From assembly GCF_025526975.1 (NCBI RefSeq), contig NW_026515673.1, positions 930,001 to 994,000 of the forward strand: a stretch of 64,000 nt of DNA. The letters are read 5' to 3'. The stretch comes from Fimicolochytrium jonesii (Eukaryota). The notes below the pieces were generated by a model. It worked only from the letters and a program-made list of their open reading frames with translations, ran no database searches and was not told the origin of the DNA. Of this stretch, positions 16,037 through 27,976 are shown piece after piece (position 1 is the stretch's first letter; every line of letters starts with the position of its first letter). A program made the position numbers and the translations under genes.

Positions 16037-17068
16037 ATGGCTGACGACATTTCCACCGACGACTCCGGGAACTTCACCTGCACCCCCGAATCGCTAGCAG
16101 AAGCGATCGCGACCGCGCACCTCGCAGACGAGTCGGCGTCCAGCGATAATCAATACTCGGCGTTTCACGCGTTTATCCCCTTCCTGCACGTCTTTGCCCT
16201 GGCGCTGCTGTTAGACCGCTTCTGGATGCTGAAGAACAGGCAAACCCAGATCTTCTTTTACGTGTCGGTGGTGTCGAACATCGCATATGCGATTTGGACG
16301 GTGGTTGGGTATCAGGTGTTGTGGTTTTGGACATTCGAAGGGACCGCCCTCTACTACATCGGCCGCGCCCTCACCTGGACCACCTTCCAACAATCCGTCA
16401 CCTACCTCAACTACCTCCGCATCGCCGACACCCTCGAGCGCCTGCACGCCCCCTGGGTCCGCCGCATCTCCCTCATCTTCGTCTTCGCGATCACCCCGCT
16501 GACCCTCATCAACGCCGGCGAAGTCGTCGTCTACTTCATCGTCACCAAATCAGACTCCGCCTTCCAGTACGGACAACCCCTCCGCTACGTCGCCTGGCTG
16601 TACTCCTCCGCGGTCGACATCGCCATCGGCACATACATCGTCCGCATGATGGTCGCCAACGCGTCGGGCGTCACCACCGCGACGACGACCAGCGACGGGA
16701 AGAAACCGTTGCTGCGCATGCACCACATCTACACCATCTCGACCATCTGCCGCATCCTCCTCTTCCTCACCTGCGAATACTCGTTCCTGATCGCCGAGGA
16801 CATCGTCGCGGATTACACCTCCATGCGCTCGTTCTTCAAGTGGGATATGAGTCTGGGATTGAGTGTGTTCAAACCGTACCTGTTGATCACGGACATGGCG
16901 AGGATCAGGGCGTTAGGGGACGGTGAGCCGGTGCAGTATGGGACGCAGGCGGAGTACTCGGAACCGAGAAAGTCCAGAGTCATGAGGAGTGAGGTGCGGA
17001 GTGAGGTCGACCAGATCATGGAGATGGAGGAGGATGGGGGTTTGGATACCGCGGCCTTGAAACCGTAG
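16037..17068 (+). CDS. Orphan polytopic membrane protein, about 7 TM segments (GPCR-like topology), single exon
   Basis: 343-aa ORF with strong C/G-ending codon bias, seven hydrophobic stretches and hydrophilic termini. No family motif recognised. Confidence 0.75.
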   Translation: MADDISTDDSGNFTCTPESLAEAIATAHLADESASSDNQYSAFHAFIPFLHVFALALLLDRFWMLKNRQTQIFFYVSVVSNIAYAIWTVVGYQVLWFWTFEGTALYYIGRALTWTTFQQSVTYLNYLRIADTLERLHAPWVRRISLIFVFAITPLTLINAGEVVVYFIVTKSDSAFQYGQPLRYVAWLYSSAVDIAIGTYIVRMMVANASGVTTATTTSDGKKPLLRMHHIYTISTICRILLFLTCEYSFLIAEDIVADYTSMRSFFKWDMSLGLSVFKPYLLITDMARIRALGDGEPVQYGTQAEYSEPRKSRVMRSEVRSEVDQIMEMEEDGGLDTAALKP

Positions 17069-17549
17069 AGATTCGCCGGCAGACGCGGATACCCGCCCCC
17101 TGAGCACATCAGAGGTGCCGCCCTGGGGACACGCGGTCATAGCCGGCTAGACTCCTAGCCCTGGTGGAGTGGGAGTGGTCGTCGCCGGCTGGCCCTGGCC
17201 CCGCGGGAACCATCCCTTCCCTCACCTGGCCCCGCGAGCATACCAGCGATAGATCCCGCATTAGAGCAGTCCCCAAACCCCGGTTGTCGTGGGGATAGAA
17301 TAAGATACCGCGCGCGAGGGGCTTCCTCATTGGTGTACGTAGTCAGACTCGGGTTTTCGTTGGGGGGGCTCCCGCAAATGATAGAGTTGCATCCCGATTG
17401 CGAAAACTGAGCATTGGCTCCACTGACAACATTTACACCGGGGGGTATCGGTATCTATTTCTGATGGGCACAAACAGGGGCATCATGCAAAAAGTCATCT
17501 ATGCGCGGCAACCGTAAAGATAGCCCCCGCGCGCCGGGTTATTGGTTTC

Positions 17550-19320
17550 TCACAGGTTAGCCTTGACCCAGCGCACGAGCCGGCGCGTGTTGGCAACAGC
17601 CACCCAGCAGACGAACGCGCGGATCCCGAACGCGGCCGCGGCGGAGATGCGGATTGCGTGGTAATATTCCAATTTCGTGCTACAAAAACAAGCATAAACC
17701 ACACCTCAATCATCAGCTTGCGCTCACCCAACCTTGTACCCCAAACGCCCCAAAGTCGTAGGGTACTCACCGCACAGTGACAGCAACCGCCGGCTTCCTC
17801 CTCGGCCGTCTCCCCTTCCTCCCCGCACCACCCACCACCCGGCCCGCACCCAACCCCCCACCACCCTCCCTCGCCAACACCCCAAACACCCAATCCACAT
17901 CCCACAGACTATACCTCGGCGCCCCCATCTCCACCAACGCCACTTCCGGCACGTCATCCGGCTGATGACACATGTCGACCAAGTCACTGGTCATCCAGAG
18001 GGTTAGGCCCCACAGGAGGAGGCGGGTCGGGGTGGATTGGCCGGGGAGGGGGGGGCGGTGGGGTTCGGGGTGAGGTGGGGTTGGGTGGTAGCCGTACGAA
18101 GCAGAATGTTCGATCCCGGGGGCGGTGTGGGAGAAGGAGGGGCGTGATGTGGGGAAGGCGGGTGTGAGGGGTGTTGCGAGCGGGGTGACGATCTCGCCGA
18201 CGCGGGTCGGGAGGAGGATGCCGGACCAGGAGTACGTGCCGAGGAGGAGCGTGAGGGATTTTTCGAGGCCGAGGTTTAGGGTGCGGCGCCAGGTTGGCGT
18301 TTGTGCGGGTGTGGTTGGGACCAGCGGGCCGGATTGTGATGTCCCGACGGGCCCGGGAAGTGTTGATGGGGGCAATGGCTGGGTGTGGTGGGAGGTGAGG
18401 GCGGCGAACCAGCGTGCCGGGAGGAGGTTTCGCGCCATGGGGAAGGTGATTGCGCGCCATCGGCGGGGGTCGCGGGCGGCGGCGAGGAAGAAGGAGAGGG
18501 GGATCCAGTGGATCGAAGCGATTTCTTCGGGGAGGAGGACGAGTGGAGGTGTTGAGGGTGATAGTTGGAGGTATACTAGATATTCGCAGGGGACGAAATC
18601 AGTCCAACTTTGTGCCAGACATTGCAAAAAATAACGAGGGTTGTGCTTACCGAAAGGCGACAGCAGCAGCACAGCCTTCGCGCTCGCAGCCGGCTTCACA
18701 TCCCGATCATCCAACGCGCCCAGACACAAAAACTCGTCGGTGCTAATATCCAGTCCAATCTCCTCCACCGTCTCCCTCTCCGCGGCCTCCTGCTCCGTCT
18801 CATCCGGGTCCGCCTTTCCACCAGGGAACGCCATATGCCCGCTCCACCGATCCCTCTGATTGACCGCGCGGCGCACAAACAGGATCTCCGGCTCGCCGTT
18901 TTGCACCCATTCGAGGTTGAGGAAGGCTAATGGGTCTCGCGTGGGATTCTTGTGGTGTTGTGGGCCGACGACGCTGTTGGGGCGGACGCGGATGATGATG
19001 GCCACGGCGGCGCGGCGAGGGGAGGTGCGGGCGTTTGTGGTGGGGATTTTTTGGACGGGGAGGGTTTTGAGGTTGGTTATTAGGTTGACGAGGTGTTGGT
19101 GGTCGGTTGAACCTAGTCGTATCACTTTTGACGTTAATTTCGGCAATCTGTGGACTCCGCAGATGTTGAACAATTCGACCCCAGCTCCATCTCCATCGTC
19201 TTTGCACCGTCCCTCTATGTCCTCAAAGCGCTATCCGAACAGCCCCCATGCCTCCCAACCATACCCTCCGTCCGCCGTCCGTCCATTACCTTGCTTCGTT
19301 GGAGGTGATCGCCCGCTCAT
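17550..19320 (-). CDS. Nudix hydrolase, CoA-pyrophosphatase (NUDT7/8, Pcd1-like) family with C-terminal hydrophobic helix
   Basis: RRAAVAIII, RWSGHMAFPGGKADPDETEQEAAERETVEEIGL Nudix box, LWGLT motif; short first exon MSGRSPPTKQ and last exon ending VKANL*. Confidence 0.88.
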
Positions 19321-19418
19321 GGTGTCGACGGCGCAGCTGGTCCTGTTATTCGCCTCCTTTTTTCTTCGCTGCGAGAGAGGGTTACTAGAGGCCTGTTATG
19401 GTCGACGTTGTCTAAGGT

Positions 19419-19477
19419 GTTGCACTCTGTATATACGTATATTTCCGTTGCACTCTGTATATACGTATATTTCCGTT
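19419..19477. repeat. Perfect 28-bp tandem duplication in the Nudix/ARL8 divergent promoter
   Basis: GTTGCACTCTGTATATACGTATATTTCC occurs at 19419-19446 and 19447-19474, followed by GTT. Each unit contains the palindrome ATATACGTATAT. Confidence 0.95.
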
Positions 19478-19828
19478 CTGGTTGTGGGGTAACTGCTGGT
19501 TGGGGTGGTTGTTTATGCGCCTGACCAAGCTTCGCGTGAGGGACGGAAACCCCCAGGGAAACCCCCACAGCCAGTTCAACCTTCCCGCAGCACCCGCAAT
19601 CCCCAGCACCCACCCACACCCAGCCGTCACCCGCTCTCGCTATCCAGACCCCCCTACGGCAGCCGTCCATATAGCCTCCGCCAGTCAGCCACCCGCTCAA
19701 CTCCTCGTCCCGCTCCGGCTCAGCTTCCAAGGTCCACAAACCACATAGAGCGGCAGAAGTAGCCCCAGAACCCACCACCCACACAACTTGAATCCACTAG
19801 CGAAATCCGCATATACGCTCCACCCGCC

Positions 19829-20712
19829 ATGGCATTCCTCATAAACGGCCTGCTGAACTGGCTGCGGAGTCTGTTCTGGAAGCAAGGTGAGAAGGGGCTT
19901 TCAACGGGAAGACCTGGTGGGGCATGGACGGGTTCGGTCTGTGCGTCAACTTGTCGGGATGGGGGTCTGGTTTAACACGTTGCGGTTTGACAGAAATGGA
20001 ACTGACGCTCGTCGGCCTACAAAACTCGGGGAAGTCGACGCTAGTCAACGTTCTTGCGGTAAGTCACCCTCTTCATCCCTCCACAATGCCCCACTCCAAC
20101 TCACAATGTGATGACTCCACAAACAGAACGGGCAATGCACAGAAGACATGATCCCCACGGTCGGGTTCAACATGCGCAAAGTGACGAAAGGCGCCGTCGT
20201 GATGAAGCTATGGGATCTGGGCGGGCAGGCGCGGTTTCGGAGTATGTGGGAGCGGTATTGTCGGGGTGTTAACGCTATTGTGTATGTTCGCCCCTTTCCC
20301 ATTGATTTTCTTGCATATGAGGAATGCTGATTTGATTCCTCTGGGATTCATGTCAGATTCGTGATGGACGCAGCAGACCACGACAAGATCCCCGCCGCAA
20401 AAGCCGAGCTGCACCAACTGCTCGAGAAACCGTTGCTGGCCGATATCCCGGTGTTGGTGCTCGGGAACAAGAACGATCTGCCGAATGCGTTGGGGGTGGA
20501 TGAGGTTATTGAAAAGCTGTAGGTGTTCCGAGTCACAGGAGACAGGAGTAGTGAGGGGGATGATGACTGACGCTGGCTTTCTTGTTTGTAGGGACCTCCG
20601 ATCAATAACCAACCGCGAAGTAGCCTGCTACAGCATCTCGGCCAAAAACTCGACAAACATCGACATAACGATGAATTGGTTGATCAAACATGCCACTTCA
20701 GGGTCCCGATAG
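19829..20712 (+). CDS. ARL8: ADP-ribosylation factor-like GTPase Arl8, 5 exons
   Basis: [80 protein letters not shown]. Confidence 0.95.
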
Positions 20713-21153
20713 AGCAAAACCCTATCTTCCGATCCCTGCGATGGTGGCTGAACTCTCTCTCTCTCTTTTTGATTCAATCCGCGATTTTTTTTCGTTGTTT
20801 CTGTTTCTGGTTCTTTTGTGTTCCTTCACATTTTCCCCCTTCCATCCCCACGGGCCCTGAATGTTTTCTATCGTATTTTAGTAAGGGGTCTTCAATAATG
20901 AGAACGTAGTCCGTAGGTGCTAAACATAGCCGGTTTTTCTACGAACGGGAACCATTTTGTATTGATTGTGATTTATCTCACATGCCCCCCTCGCTTCCAG
21001 ATTCCTGGGGCACATCGACCAGTGATGGGTGGGAGATGGTTACTGTGCGCTCAGCGTTGATGAGGTGCAACGCCCGTCCAATCCCGTCTCGTCCCGCCGG
21101 TCGGCCCATTGTCTATGTCGTTTTCAACCTGTCCCCATCAGCAGACGCTTCGT

Positions 21154-21964
21154 TCAGTCGTTGTTATCCGTCATAATCGCGAGAAACTCCTGTTCATTAA
21201 CTAACATCGAGAAAAACGGACGAATAAGCAAAAAAAAAAAATCTCCAGCAACCCACTCAACCTCTCGCCACTCCTCGCAAGCACTCCTGGCAAAAAAAAA
21301 CCACGTACTCTCCCCATCCTGATCCAAATCAAACTCATCAATCATCGCCTGCAACTCATCGTCATCCAGATTCTCGCCAATCTCCTTCGCGACGCGCCGC
21401 AGGTTCCTCAATGTAATCCGGCCCGTGCCGTCGTCGTCGAACAGCTGGAACGCTTTGCGGATCTCTTCGATTGGGTCTCGGGATAGGATCTTTTCTGTCA
21501 CTAAAAAAGAAATACGAAGGGGAGAGGGGTGGGTTAAACGCGTGATGGTGCGGGACGTGGGCTTGGGAGATGGGGAGGTGTACTTACTGACTTTGTTGAA
21601 ATCGTCGAAATCGATCAACCCTGTTTGCCCGTTCTTTTCGTACTCGCGCAGGATCTTGAGCACTTCTGGTTTCTTGACTTCGAAGCCGAGCGCCCTCATC
21701 GCCACCTGTCCGAAAACAATCGTGCAGAAACGCGGCGGGGTCAATCGTGATTCCGAACACCTCCACACCGATAATGGAAAGACTTTTTTCATTACGATAG
21801 TGTCTTTTTCGGAGACACACCTTGAGTTCATGGTAGTCCAGGGCGTTGTCTTTATCGGTGTCGAAGAGCTCGAATGCCTCTTTGATCTCCAGTTTCTGCT
21901 CCTCGGTGAGTTCTGGACGCGCTTGGCGGCGTTTTGTTTTCGGGTTCGGGAAGAGAAGGGACAT
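21154..21964 (-). CDS. CDC31: Centrin (centrin-3/Cdc31 subfamily), four EF-hands, 4 exons
   Basis: [90 protein letters not shown]. Confidence 0.95.
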
Positions 21965-22417
21965 CTTTTGCGAGAGCTAGGAGTGACGGCGGTAGGTAGG
22001 AAGACGGACGAGGGTGGGTGGGTGCTGTGCTGCTGCCCGTGCCGAGTGTGCGTCCTGGGTGCGATTTGGGGGGGGGTTCTTTCTCGTTGGGGAAGCAGGG
22101 AAGCAGGCGAGGGGAGTCCGTGAGAAACGCGTCGGAGTGTCGCCTTACAATACTGAGTAGTGTTCTGTGGGCTTTCGGCGGCGGTGGGACATACAGTACT
22201 ATATATGCAAGGGTCGTCGGCCTGCCCACAACCGCCAACAGGAAGGACGTCTTACTCCGACTGCCACAGGTCTCAGAACTTGTAAATCCTCTGTTGAGAA
22301 CCCCTCAGACGAAGCAGGCGACGTAGATGAGAAGTCCATCACATTGAGCACTTCGCCCCCACCGATACCCATTTCGCCTTCCAAACCCCCCCCACTCCTA
22401 CAGCCATCCCCCCCACA

Positions 22418-24981
22418 ATGAGCGACCGCGCACTCAACACCCGCCCCGCCGACAGCACCGTCTTCCAACGCATCGCCAAAGCGCGCCCCGCATCAAGCAC
22501 CGGTCGCGCCAGAGCAGCAGCCGCTCAACAAGGCCCCACACCCACCAACGCGGAGGGGAGAGTGAGCACCGCCCAGCTGCTTGCCCGGTTTGAGCAGACG
22601 TCGGATGACGAGTTGTTGGCTAGGATTATTGCGATTGAGGAGGATGAGAAGATTGCTAGGAAGTGAGTTGTGGTGGGTCGGGGGTGGGAGGAGGCGTGTG
22701 GTTTGAGGTCGGATGGGCGGTTGGGATGTTTCTCACGCGAGCGAAGCGAGCGAGCGGAGGGAGTTCCCATTGCGCCAAAGGCGCTAGATATATTCAGATC
22801 CCCGTTATCGCGGTTCTTAGCGAGCGCCCGCGAGCCTCACGCGATCGAAGAGGGCGGGCTATCGTCCAACCCTCCATCGCCTCGACTCGCGGTTTCTTTA
22901 TCATCCAATAACCGTCACCCTCATTCTATGCAATGAAGAATCCAAGAAGACCTAGCCCGCGGCATCGAACCGCAACTCCGGCCCTTCAGCGGGCGCCCCG
23001 GCGGCGGCGGACCGTCCCAACAAAACTCCCGTTCAGACTCCCATCTCAACAAAGTCGGCTTCACAGACCCCATCGACGATGCCGGTATCGGATCACCCTT
23101 GGCGTCGACAGATGCACCGATGCGCGAGTCGATTAGCAGGAGTGGTGGGCTGCATAATTTGAATGAGGGCGAGGCAAAGCCGCTGGTGAGGGACCGTTGC
23201 TGCGGTGCAAAAACTGTGGGAGCCCCGGATACTGATTTGACTTTGATGGGTAGGCAGGGCGACGGGCGTCGGCGCTAAGAGGATCGCTGGCTATCTCCGC
23301 CAACCAATCCACCAACCTCGCCTCCGACGAGTCCCTAAACGCCGACGATGATCACCATGACGACGACGACGCATCCCATCCCCACCCACCAGCCACCACC
23401 AACTCCTCACAGCCAAACACTTCCCAACGCGCAGATATCCCTCAACCAAATTACACATCGACCCCACCTCAACCAGACCGCCTAGAGTTCCCAACACCCA
23501 AATGGGACACGACGGCCAGCGAAAGCGACGCGACGTCGGAGAAGGGGTCGGAGCAGGAACAGGGGTCGGGTGTTGATCCTGCTCCCGCGCAACCGCCGGC
23601 GGCTGTACCACGACATCGGAGTGCACGACCGGAGAGTGCGCGGAGGGGGGTGCCGAGGCATCAGAAGGTGTGTGCTTTACCCTCACATCTCCCCCACCCA
23701 CATTTGAAAAGTCTATAAAAACTTGTGATTTTTTCTCAACGGGGGCAGTTATTACACTCCGAAAGCGACGACGAAGACAATCTCGACAACTACATTGGCC
23801 AAACCATCCCCTCGGATCCCTCCGCCACCTTCTCGGCACTTGCGATCAACGACCGGGGTGATTATGCAGAGAGACCGGATCACCCGGCCATGCCGCCGCG
23901 GTTCGATAGTCTGCTGGATGGGTCGCAGGGGTTGGGGCGTGATGATGATGGCGATGAGGATGATGATGAGCGTGATGGAAGGTGAGAGCTCCCCCCTATC
24001 CACGCCCAGCCCCTCGCGACCCAGATTCTCACGCCACGCCATCTCTAGCCGCCTCATGTTCACCGAAAGCACCTCACCACCCAAACGGCTCCCCGCGGCC
24101 AAAACCCGCGAGTCGACGACACTGGACGCGGAGTTGCAAGAGTTGTTCACCTACATCGACGCATACCAGCCCCAGGACGTCGACATTGTGCAGGAACTCA
24201 AATGCTTCATGCCGGAGTATGTCCCGTGTATTGGCGATATCGATCCGATGATCAAGGTGCGTCGTACACACACACGCATACACACATCGCGTCCTCTCCG
24301 CCCCACGTATATACTACACGCATGCTAACGCTGATGATCCACAAAAAGGTGGACCCCCCTCCCTCGACATTCCAGCCCCCCTCCCTCGGCATCACGACCC
24401 TCGACGAACCGACGCCCGACCAATCCGACCCCGCCGTCCTCGACCTGCATCTCCGCGCGCACCACAAATCCCTCCTCCCCAACACATCCACGCCCCTCAC
24501 CCCGACCAAGATCCGCGCCATCGCCGTCTCCCCCTCGGACGCACCCCAGGCAACGAAACAGCTGAACCAGTGGATCGGCGCAATCACCACCCTGCATGCA
24601 CACACGCCACCCGTCAGCGTGGCGTACACGCACCCGCAGCCGGATCTGGACGCGTTGATGCAGGCGTGGCCGGCGGAGATGGAGGGCGCGTTTGCGGCTG
24701 CGGAAGGGGTGCCGGATCCCGCGGTCGAGATGGACGTAAGGATGTATGCGAGGTTGGTGTGCGGGCTGGTCGATGTGCCGGTGTATCTGGGGGGTGCGGG
24801 CGAGACCGGGAAGATGCGAGGGAAGGGGAAGAGGGCGCATGTGGAGGCGCTGCATGTGTTGTTTGAGCTGTATCGGGAGTTTAGGGATTCGCAGCATTTC
24901 GGACATCGGGAGGCCGCTGCGCCGACCATGAGCGCGGTCGGGTTGCCGCCGGCGGAGGGCGGGAAGGGAGGTGCGCAATAG
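22418..24981 (+). CDS. IFT46: Intraflagellar transport protein 46 with long low-complexity N-terminal region, multi-exon
   Basis: ELFTYIDAYQPQ..LKCFMPEYVPCIGDIDPMIKV, LGITTLDEP..QSDPAVLDLHLR, PDLDALMQAWP, CGLVDVPVY, EALHVLFELYREFRDSQHF. The N-terminal exons are less certain. Confidence 0.9.
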
Positions 24982-25353
24982 CGGCAAGATTGATTTTTAT
25001 TTTTTTTTTGGGAAAGGGAGGGTGAAGAGACGTCTTTTTTGGAAGGCTTTTGTATACACTTCTGAGAATCGTATTATAATCCATAATCCGATATCCAAAA
25101 AACACAATGCGTGTGTAAAAGTGTCGGTGTATGATGTCAAACGTCTCGCTGCAGAAATAACCCCAAAAAAATTATGACAAAAAAAAGTTGTCCGTTGCAG
25201 TGTGAGATCTGATAACCCCCGCCCCCCCTTTCCTTCCCCCTCTCGCCTCTTCCCACGAACCCATCCAAAATCGCGTACTCCAAAAAAACAGCCCGGTCTC
25301 TTAATATCAACCTCTCGCGGAAGTCTCCCAAATGTCCATGCATGGTAACCCCA

Positions 25354-27673
25354 TCACAAAGCGGGCGCAAGCATCCCCGGATCCACGTTCTCCCGCGTCT
25401 CGTATGCCAAGAATCCCTCGATATCACTGTTTCCAAAACCGGTTGGTGTGTCAGTCGGGCATCCAGAAACGTGACATATGAGAAGCACCCACCTGAGCAT
25501 CTTGACGACGGTCCCGCCGACGCCGCACGCCAGTAGATCTGAGCGGGGAGGGATGATGAGATCCGTCCGCCGCAGCGATATGATGTGATCTCATGTTGGC
25601 GCATACATACCATCGAGTGTAATCCGCCTCGGGTCAGATGGGTTGACCATATCAAAGATCTCGTTCTGACAAATCACCCACCCATCAATCCCCTGTTCGT
25701 TTTTTCCTGCAAGACAAGATACACGGACACGCATACCTTGACATCCCGAATCCCGATCGGGTCGTGGCCGCCCGCCATCATCCGCTCCACGACCGCGTTG
25801 AAGAAATACATGACCGCCGGCCCGTCGATCCACCCCTCGCCCCGCAGATCCAGGAACTTGAAACAGTACGCGATACTTTCGGGGGTGTGCGCGTTCTCGG
25901 TGGCTAGGGCAAAGTCGAGGAAGTGGGGGTATGTCTGTGAGGGGTGAACGTAGGGGAGGGCGTTAATAGGGGCTGATTTGGAGGTACGGCGAGTGAGGGT
26001 GGCTGTACCATGCGTCCTTTCAATAATGGCGTCTCTGCAAGAGACATAGTGGGACGAGTGGGTGATTTAGCGAAATGTATGGAGTCGTGGTTGATACCCA
26101 CAAACGGACCTTGAAACACCCGATCCAAGAAAACCGGCGTCAGACTCCCGCCCTTGTATTTGCTCATCTGCACCCTATCCAGTCCTTTATCCTTGAATTC
26201 GGGGCGGGTGGGGTCGTTTGTTGGGTTGAGGTTCAGGAATTGGCCTGGACATCATATATGAGGACCCGCTGAGTGGGGATGAATGGGTGATGTAGAGTGG
26301 GAAGGGGAGATTGAAAACGCACCGTAGACACGTAAAGCGGATAAACCTGAGAACCAGTTGGTGCGCTTGAACTCCTCGGAGAGTTCCGGGTCGCGGAGCT
26401 CGAAGAGTTCGGTGAGGATTGGGGAGAGGAGGAGGGTTTGGATTTTTACTTTTCCTACAAAACATAACTTCATCAATGGCTCCATTTCGTTCCATGAACG
26501 ACGTGGCGGTGATTGTTTTACCCCTCCGCTTCGGATCCAAAAAGAACATGAACTTCCTGCTCGCCGTGACGCAGTACATCTTGAAGAAAGTGGGCGGGAT
26601 GTCGAGATGCAGCGAGGGCATCAGGTCCGCGATGTAGCCCTGGATGTCCGGTTCCGTGAGGTAGCCGTCGTGGTCCGTGTCGTAGACTGAGAGATCTGTG
26701 CGGGCTTGCAGGAGGGAGACTGGGGAGTGTGCGGGTTAGATGTGATGCAGTGAGGGATGCTGTGGTCTTTGATGGGACAGCTCTACGGTACCTTGGCGAA
26801 CGACGAGATTGAAGAACTGCACGATCGCGATCGTGTCATCGCCGACTCCTTGCAGCAATGCCAGGAAGATCGAGGGTTGGAAATACGGATGGAGAGTGAC
26901 GGGCATGACTTGCTTGAGTGCGACGAAGCCCCGGTAACTTATGCGCTGTTCGAAAGATTTTGTTCCGTAAGCCAGTCAAGTCATTAACGAATCAAACCCC
27001 ATCAACCCATCAAGCATCAACCACTGAACGTCAACCATCCAGCCACTCTTCAACAAACACATGAGTGAGGGGAGCCTTTCGTCCTTTGCTCGTTGCAGAC
27101 AACCACCATCGCTCGCTATCGCTCGCGTCCGAACTCCCTTCGCCCGCCGCAGACACCACTCTCGCTCGCTCCACTAGCGTCCGGACTCTCTTCTCCCGTC
27201 ACAGACAACCACCACCGCTCGCTTCGGTCGTCGCTCGCTCAAGCTCGGTTACCTTCTCAAAATCCCCAACGTCCTCATTGTCATCTCCCTTCCCATCAGC
27301 CCTCTCCACCAGCCTATCCCACAACTCATCAATCTCCTCATTCGTCGGTAGTCTCTCCCGCTGCCTCTCAATAAACCGCAAGTATGCCGCTCTTGCCAAA
27401 TCTTTCGCTAATGCCGAGGTGTGCTTTTTTCTCTAGGGGGGGATTGGTTGGGGTGTTGGTGTTTTGACTGTTCTTGAGATAAGACGAGGGCCGTGCTCAT
27501 CTTTTGGGCCTTACTTTTCTGAAGAAGCGGGGAATGCCTTGCGGTGGCGTTGGAGCCGCCGCTGTGGGGGCGTTGAGCTGTGGTTGGGGAGGTGTGGAGC
27601 CCTGTGTGGAGCCACTGCGTGCGTATTTTGCGAGGAGTTCATATTTCCAGTTTGTGGGGGTGGCGCTGACCAT
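25354..27673 (-). CDS. PPP2R3C: PP2A regulatory subunit B'' gamma (PPP2R3C / FASS-TON2 family), multi-exon
   Basis: IPRFFRK; LSVYDTDHDGYLTEPDIQGYIADLMP; YCVTASRKFMFFLDPKRRGK; TNWFS; IAYCFKFLD; NEIFDMVNPSDPRRITL; DIEGFLAYETRE near the C-terminus. Confidence 0.9.
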
Positions 27674-27711
27674 CCCCCCTAAAAGCGTGTGTACGATGGC
27701 TGGCGATAGAG

Positions 27712-27897
27712 AGAGAGGGGGCCAAGCCAAGAGGGAGGGAGTCTGTGTAGGAATACCCCCAGCGAGCGAGCGAGACACTGTGTGTATGTGCGAACAGCTG
27801 AGTTTGAAAACGCAGGTTGGGAACACGAAGCGAGAGGTGGTCCCCGCGCGCGGTTGGCCCCCTCTCTAGATCTAACTGCTGCCATCACAGACTCCCT
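27712..27897. repeat. Two interleaved perfect inverted repeats (order A-B-A'-B')
   Basis: A = AGAGAGGGGGCCAA at 27712-27725 and TTGGCCCCCTCTCT at 27854-27867 (14 bp). B = AGGGAGTCTGTG at 27736-27747 and CACAGACTCCCT at 27886-27897 (12 bp). Confidence 0.85.
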
Positions 27898-27976
27898 GAC
27901 CTTAACTGCTGGAGGTTCGTTACACTTCATATATGTACACACACCGTTGCAGGCCAATGCTGCTTCGCTATCTGAT

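Noticed and set aside
17141..17190. GC-rich hairpin downstream of the 7TM gene
   Set aside because: Short stems built on a self-palindromic AGCCGGCT in GC-rich DNA; expected by chance.
27844..27870. CCGCGCGCGG palindrome followed by CTAG, resembling a Helitron 3' end
   Set aside because: The next base is A rather than T, the hairpin is minimal, and no matching 5' TC end or Rep/helicase was found.
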